From contig OY762428.1 in NCBI GenBank assembly GCA_963665665.1, positions 928,001-992,000 on the forward strand: a stretch of 64,000 nucleotides of DNA, in the 5' to 3' direction. Every line of letters starts with the position of its first letter. Position 1 is the stretch's first letter. This stretch comes from Candidatus Kapaibacterium sp. (lineage in GTDB: Bacteria; Bacteroidota; Ignavibacteria; Kapaibacteriales; UBA2268). Under the pieces are notes generated by a model. That model saw only the letters and a list, made by a program, of their open reading frames with translations. It was not told the origin of the DNA and did not search any database. Shown here one piece after another: positions 59,724-64,000 of this stretch. The position numbers were made by a program, and so were the translations under genes.

Positions 59724-60649
59724 TAGACCTGACAGATAAAATCATGCAGGAAGCTCATGTTTCACCGCATGTTGCCAAAGATCCGGATACTGCATACTTA
59801 TCAATCCACCTGAACAAAGTTACCGGGGCGAATCTTGTACCCGGTCTACATGTGGATACTGAAGAACTTGAAGACGGAGTAAGAGTTCATATCAACCTGG
59901 ATGAAGGCGTAAAGATTGAAAAAAAAGTACACATGTGTTTCGGAATTATTCCGGAAACAGGCGTACAGAGGATTGAAATGAAAGTTGACCTGAAAAAAGA
60001 CTCAAAGATTTCAGTTCTTGCACACTGTGTTTTTCCTAATGCCGTTGATATTCAGCACATAATGAATGCTGAAATTAACGTTGGTGAAAACGCCGATTAC
60101 ACATATCACGAAACTCATGTACACGGTAATACAGGCGGAATTAAAGTTATCCCGAAAGCTGTAATAAATCTTGAAGAAAATGCCCGTTTCAAAACCGATT
60201 TTGAACTTCTGGAAGGGCGTGTCGGATATATTGATATTGATTATCACATAAACAGCAAGGCAAATAGCGTTCTGGAAATGAATGCAAAAATATTCGGAAA
60301 GAAAGATGATATTATAAAGATAATGGAATCTGGAGCACTCAACGGCGAATATGCCAGGGGCGCTTTAACTTCCTATATTGCACTTAAAGACGACGCGAGA
60401 GCCGAGATAAACAGCAAACTTATCGCTAATGCTCCTTATGCACGCGGACACGTTGACTGTAAAGAGATAATTAAGGACAGGGCAATTGCTAATGCTGTTC
60501 CTATTGTTGAAGTAAGGGATCCGAGAGCTCATATTACTCACGAGGCAGCAATAGGAGCTGTGGACAGCAAACAACTTGAAACCCTGATGAGTCGCGGACT
60601 TGATGAAGATGAGGCTACTGACCTGATCATCAGCGGATTATTAAGCTAA
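59720..60649 (+). CDS. SufB/SufD-family Fe-S scaffold protein (SmsB-like)
   Basis: ARGHVDCKEI...AVPIVEV...AHITHEAAIGAVD...LETLMSRGLDEDEA. ATGA overlap with the sufC-like gene. Confidence 0.88.
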   Translation: MIDLTDKIMQEAHVSPHVAKDPDTAYLSIHLNKVTGANLVPGLHVDTEELEDGVRVHINLDEGVKIEKKVHMCFGIIPETGVQRIEMKVDLKKDSKISVLAHCVFPNAVDIQHIMNAEINVGENADYTYHETHVHGNTGGIKVIPKAVINLEENARFKTDFELLEGRVGYIDIDYHINSKANSVLEMNAKIFGKKDDIIKIMESGALNGEYARGALTSYIALKDDARAEINSKLIANAPYARGHVDCKEIIKDRAIANAVPIVEVRDPRAHITHEAAIGAVDSKQLETLMSRGLDEDEATDLIISGLLS

Positions 60650-60674
60650 AATACGATATAATCAATTTATAAAT

Positions 60675-60703
60675 CAGCCGATATGAATGTATCGGCTGTT
60701 TTT
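60675..60703 (+). terminator. Intrinsic terminator
   Basis: CAGCCGATA...TATCGGCTG followed by a T-run. Confidence 0.85.
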
Positions 60704-60852
60704 ATAATTTGTGATAATTATATTCAGAATTCCTTACTTCGGAAAAAATCAACGAGTTATAAGAGTAATGTCGTAAAATAATAAGTTGCCAATATTAATA
60801 ATTGATTACTACACTAATATAAATATATGAACTATAAATTATCGTCTTGCTT

Positions 60853-60955
60853 GGCCTCACCAAAAACCTTCGTAGGAGGGGCTTACTGCAAAGCCCTACC
60901 CTTTGGGGAAGTGCGGCCCCTTACGAGGGTTCCACACTGTGTGTGTTGGGAGGTG
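60853..60955. repeat. Degenerate GC-rich REP-like cluster
   Basis: Short hairpins CCTTCGTAGGAGG, CCCTTTGGG and CCCTTACGAGGG in an AT-rich intergenic region. Confidence 0.45.
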
Positions 60956-61228
60956 TCGGGGACTAAATTAGAATAATCAATAGCTGCGACTTTATAAATT
61001 GAGTAGATTCCGGATTGCTGATATTATAAAAGAATTTTCCTTGTCCCGAATATCAGCAGTAAAGCTCCAAATACAATTGCCACCCACTCTGAAACAATAT
61101 CACATATCGGCACTAAAATTGACGTTGGAAAATTCCCAGGAAGCAAGATGAGATAAATTTGCACCCTCATAAGCCGGATTATCAGGTTTAGATATTCGAT
61201 ATTATTTTCTAAAGTAATTGGGCTCACG

Positions 61229-61264
61229 AAAAAAAAAGCCTGGCAATAAAGTTACTACCAGGCT
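61229..61264 (-). terminator. Intrinsic terminator after rpoZ
   Basis: AGCCTGG...CCAGGCT stem with an A-run on the plus strand (U-tract on minus). Confidence 0.85.
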
Positions 61265-61286
61265 GAAATTCTTTTAAAAATGATAC

Positions 61287-61598
61287 TTACTCAGCTTCGC
61301 CGTCCGGCATCTGTGTGTAAGCCCATTTAATCTTATCGTCTTTCATTTCTTTCATTGCAAGGAAAGTAGGCTTAGGGTATTTGTCAAATTCCCTGCTGAT
61401 TGATATCTGGTCAAAATTTGCACCTTCGGATTCATCCGTGGTTGGAGTAATATCAGCCATTCTGTTGCCCAATTCTTCCTTAATATCGTCATTGATCTGC
61501 CTTGCACGAAATCCCATGGCAATTATTGACTGATAAACAGTTCCCTTCTCCGACTCTTTCATGCGAACCTGTACCGGATTTACAATATATTTTTCCAA
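61287..61598 (-). CDS. rpoZ: RNA polymerase omega subunit, Bacteroidota type
   Basis: VYQSIIAMGFRARQINDDIKEEL...QISISREFDKYPKPT. TTG at 61598 follows GAGGT (ORF track starts at 61625). Confidence 0.85.
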   Translation of the reverse strand: MEKYIVNPVQVRMKESEKGTVYQSIIAMGFRARQINDDIKEELGNRMADITPTTDESEGANFDQISISREFDKYPKPTFLAMKEMKDDKIKWAYTQMPDGEAE

Positions 61599-61755
61599 AG
61601 ATACCTCAATTAAAATTTCCAACAAGTAGAATTAGCAAATTTACGAAAATTTTTTTTATAATCAATAGAAATATATAGAAACAATTCCTTATATTTCGAT
61701 TATTGTGATAATTACGATTGAAATTGTAAATTCTTGAATATTTTTGATTCAACCC

Positions 61756-62175
61756 ATGCAAAAACTATATTATTCTATTAGTGAAATAAGTAAATTAATT
61801 GACGAAGAGCAACATATTCTCCGTTATTGGGAAAAAGAATTTGAACATCTTAAACCGAGAAAGAACCGTGCAGGCAACAGAATTTATTCCGACCGCGATT
61901 TCTCGCTGATTAAATTTATTAAAAAACTTTTACGTGACGACAAACTGGCGCTGAAGGATGCAAAGGAAGAGATAAATAAAGCAATAGACAAAGCCGGAGG
62001 AATTGATTTACTATTCGAAGAAAATTCACATGATTTGAATTTATTCACAAAAGAAATAAAATCAGATCATACCGATGAAAAAGCAGGAACAATTGCTTCT
62101 TTAAATCCTGAAAATATCACTATTATCAGGCAAAATCTGAAAGAGGCTTTGGACATTATCAGAAAACCTCTGTAG
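61756..62175 (+). CDS. MerR-family HTH regulator
   Basis: KLYYSISEIS...HILRYWEKEF..LKPRKNRAGNRIYS. Confidence 0.92.
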   Translation: MQKLYYSISEISKLIDEEQHILRYWEKEFEHLKPRKNRAGNRIYSDRDFSLIKFIKKLLRDDKLALKDAKEEINKAIDKAGGIDLLFEENSHDLNLFTKEIKSDHTDEKAGTIASLNPENITIIRQNLKEALDIIRKPL

Positions 62176-62225
62176 AAATTTTTTTTTATAAAACACATTG
62201 TTACATTCATCCGGGGAGAGAGCCT

Positions 62226-63227
62226 ATGCGAGCATTCAGAAAGATTCAGCTTTTGCTGATTTTAATGCTTTTTTCCACCAACTTTTCAGCCTATTCACAA
62301 GACTACAATTACGATATGAAAACTATCGGGAATCATGCCGATGAAGTTCTTGGCGTTTTTGTGAATGAGGACGACACAAAAGTGGCCACCTGCAGTCTTG
62401 ACGAAACGATCAAAATCTGGAGTTTGCCGGAAGGTAAAGAACTTATGCACCTGAAAGGCCATTTGGGACAGGTAAACAATATCTCATTCTCAGGCAATGA
62501 CAAATATCTTGCCAGCGGTTCCAGCGACAGAACTGTAAGGGTTTGGAATGTTGAAACAGGCGAACAGCTTTCAGTTCTGAAAGGCCATACCGATCAGGTA
62601 ATAGGCGTTTATTTCAGCCAGGACGACAGCAGTACATTTATTGCCAGCACAAGTTTTGATAAAACTGTAAAGCTCTGGGATACAAGGCTTGGCACTGAAG
62701 TTAAAACACTTCGCGACCACAGGATGCCCACAAATAATGTAGCATATAGCTACGACGGTAAATATCTTGCATCCTGTAGTGATGACAAAATGATCAAGAT
62801 TTGGACAACCAACCTTGAGGACAAAGAACCCATAATGACATTACTGGGCCATGATGCACCAGTTCTTACAGTACTTTATAGTTTCGACAGCAAGCGCCTG
62901 ATCTCATCAGATCAGCAGGGTGTAATTAATGTTTGGGAAATGCCAGGCGGAAAACTCCTGAAAACAATTAAAGCTCACGACGAGCTGATACAGGATGTTT
63001 CTTTTGCTACTGATAATAATACGATTGTAAGCGCCAGCCTGGACAAAAAAGTAAAATTATGGGATGCAACTACAGGCGAAAACCTTATGGATTTCGATGC
63101 CGGTGTTGAAATCTGGTCTGTTGACCTTGTTTCAGATGCAAGTATAATAATTATTGGCTGCGCTGACGGAACAGTTCGCTACCTGACAAAAAAAGAGAGT
63201 AAAAAATCGAAAAGGAGAAGAAGATGA
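62226..63227 (+). CDS. Exported WD40-repeat protein
   Basis: Signal peptide and about seven GH...SxDxTVKxWD repeats. Confidence 0.92.
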   Translation: MRAFRKIQLLLILMLFSTNFSAYSQDYNYDMKTIGNHADEVLGVFVNEDDTKVATCSLDETIKIWSLPEGKELMHLKGHLGQVNNISFSGNDKYLASGSSDRTVRVWNVETGEQLSVLKGHTDQVIGVYFSQDDSSTFIASTSFDKTVKLWDTRLGTEVKTLRDHRMPTNNVAYSYDGKYLASCSDDKMIKIWTTNLEDKEPIMTLLGHDAPVLTVLYSFDSKRLISSDQQGVINVWEMPGGKLLKTIKAHDELIQDVSFATDNNTIVSASLDKKVKLWDATTGENLMDFDAGVEIWSVDLVSDASIIIIGCADGTVRYLTKKESKKSKRRRR

Positions 63228-63964
63228 AATCAAAATTAATTCTCACATCGATTTTACTTCTAATGGTATTCTCCGGATTGAAGGCTCAAATTGGCGGTAT
63301 TGGTCCGGTTGTTGCATTAACAGGTAATGTCATCAATGAATTATCCAAAGAGCCAGAATCTGTATTCATGATGGTGCTTAATGAAAAAGGGAAAAGAGTA
63401 AACGCTACAAGAAGCAACAAGACCGATAACGGCTATTATTATCTTACGGGATTGAAACCCGGAAAAACCTACCAGATAGTCATTCGTCAGAAGGGATTCA
63501 TGAAAGAATTGATAGAAATGACAATTCCAAAAACCAAGAAGTATCTGGAAATATCTCATGATTTCCTGGTAAAACCTCTGGAAATGGATGCCAAATTTAA
63601 GCTACCTGTAGCTCCTTTTGAACTGAATAAATCCAAAATCAGATTTGGCGCTGATTTCCTTTTGGAGGAACTTGTTTCAACTCTGAAAAACAACGAAAAT
63701 GTCAATTTCCAAATTGTTTCATACCCTGATAATAACGATACTCCGGAAGAGAATTCCAAATTAACTGCTGAAAGAGCGGACGCATTGAAGAATTTCTTCA
63801 AAGAGCAGGGAATAGATGAAACAAGGATGACAACTAAAGGACATAACTCAACTGATCCTGATAATCCGCCACCTACAAAGAAAAGAGCTAAGGGTAAAAG
63901 GTATGTAGGATATAGTTATATAGTTATAACAGAGATCAAGCAGATTGAAAAGGATACAGAATAA
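63224..63964 (+). CDS. Exported protein with a carboxypeptidase-regulatory-like domain and an OmpA-like C-terminal domain
   Basis: Signal peptide, GYYYLTGLKPGKTY, FELNKSKI...NSKLTAERADALKNFF...GIDETRM. ATGA overlap with the WD40 gene. Confidence 0.8.
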   Translation: MKSKLILTSILLLMVFSGLKAQIGGIGPVVALTGNVINELSKEPESVFMMVLNEKGKRVNATRSNKTDNGYYYLTGLKPGKTYQIVIRQKGFMKELIEMTIPKTKKYLEISHDFLVKPLEMDAKFKLPVAPFELNKSKIRFGADFLLEELVSTLKNNENVNFQIVSYPDNNDTPEENSKLTAERADALKNFFKEQGIDETRMTTKGHNSTDPDNPPPTKKRAKGKRYVGYSYIVITEIKQIEKDTE

Positions 63965-64000
63965 TTATTTTTTTATTTCATGCAGGGGCGTTATTATACG

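Noticed and set aside
61024-61227. 67-aa hydrophobic ORF after rpoZ
   Set aside because: Lies just past the rpoZ terminator, has a weak start and no recognisable family. At most a gene remnant.
1-64000. tRNA, rRNA, prophage or transposase genes
   Set aside because: None recognised by eye. tRNAscan-SE and HMM searches would confirm.

Overview
Chromosomal window from a Bacteroidota/Chlorobiota-superphylum bacterium, probably Kapabacteria- or Ignavibacteria-like. This is inferred from T9SS C-terminal sorting domains, a Bacteroidota-type rpoZ and TAnnTTTG promoter elements. Housekeeping and envelope genes (hydG/hydE, leuS, surA, valS, uppP, rimO, tsaC-like, sufC/sufB-like, rpoZ, two ECF sigma factors, T9SS cargo) flank a ~16.5 kb minus-strand RHS polymorphic-toxin locus (9922-26453). 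The locus has one N-terminally truncated lead RHS gene plus eight orphan cassettes. Seven of these are homology arm + variable toxin tip + immunity gene, and the last is a truncated remnant. Two things stand out. First, every orphan cassette opens, 12-92 nt after the previous immunity stop codon, with GTTCTTTGAAAAC (6 exact copies, 2 one-base-deletion variants). This matches the rRNA boxA antitermination consensus, and the lead gene has only its first 7 nt. It suggests a toxin/immunity library re-primed for Nus antitermination at every unit, or alternatively a recombination site. Second, five of the eight homology arms are interrupted or partly replaced by short palindromic elements of five different types, one of which also occurs nested in an intergenic REP-like element. 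A 29-bp ECF-type promoter occurs three times, and there is a candidate structured ncRNA. No tRNA, rRNA, CRISPR array, integrase or transposase was seen.
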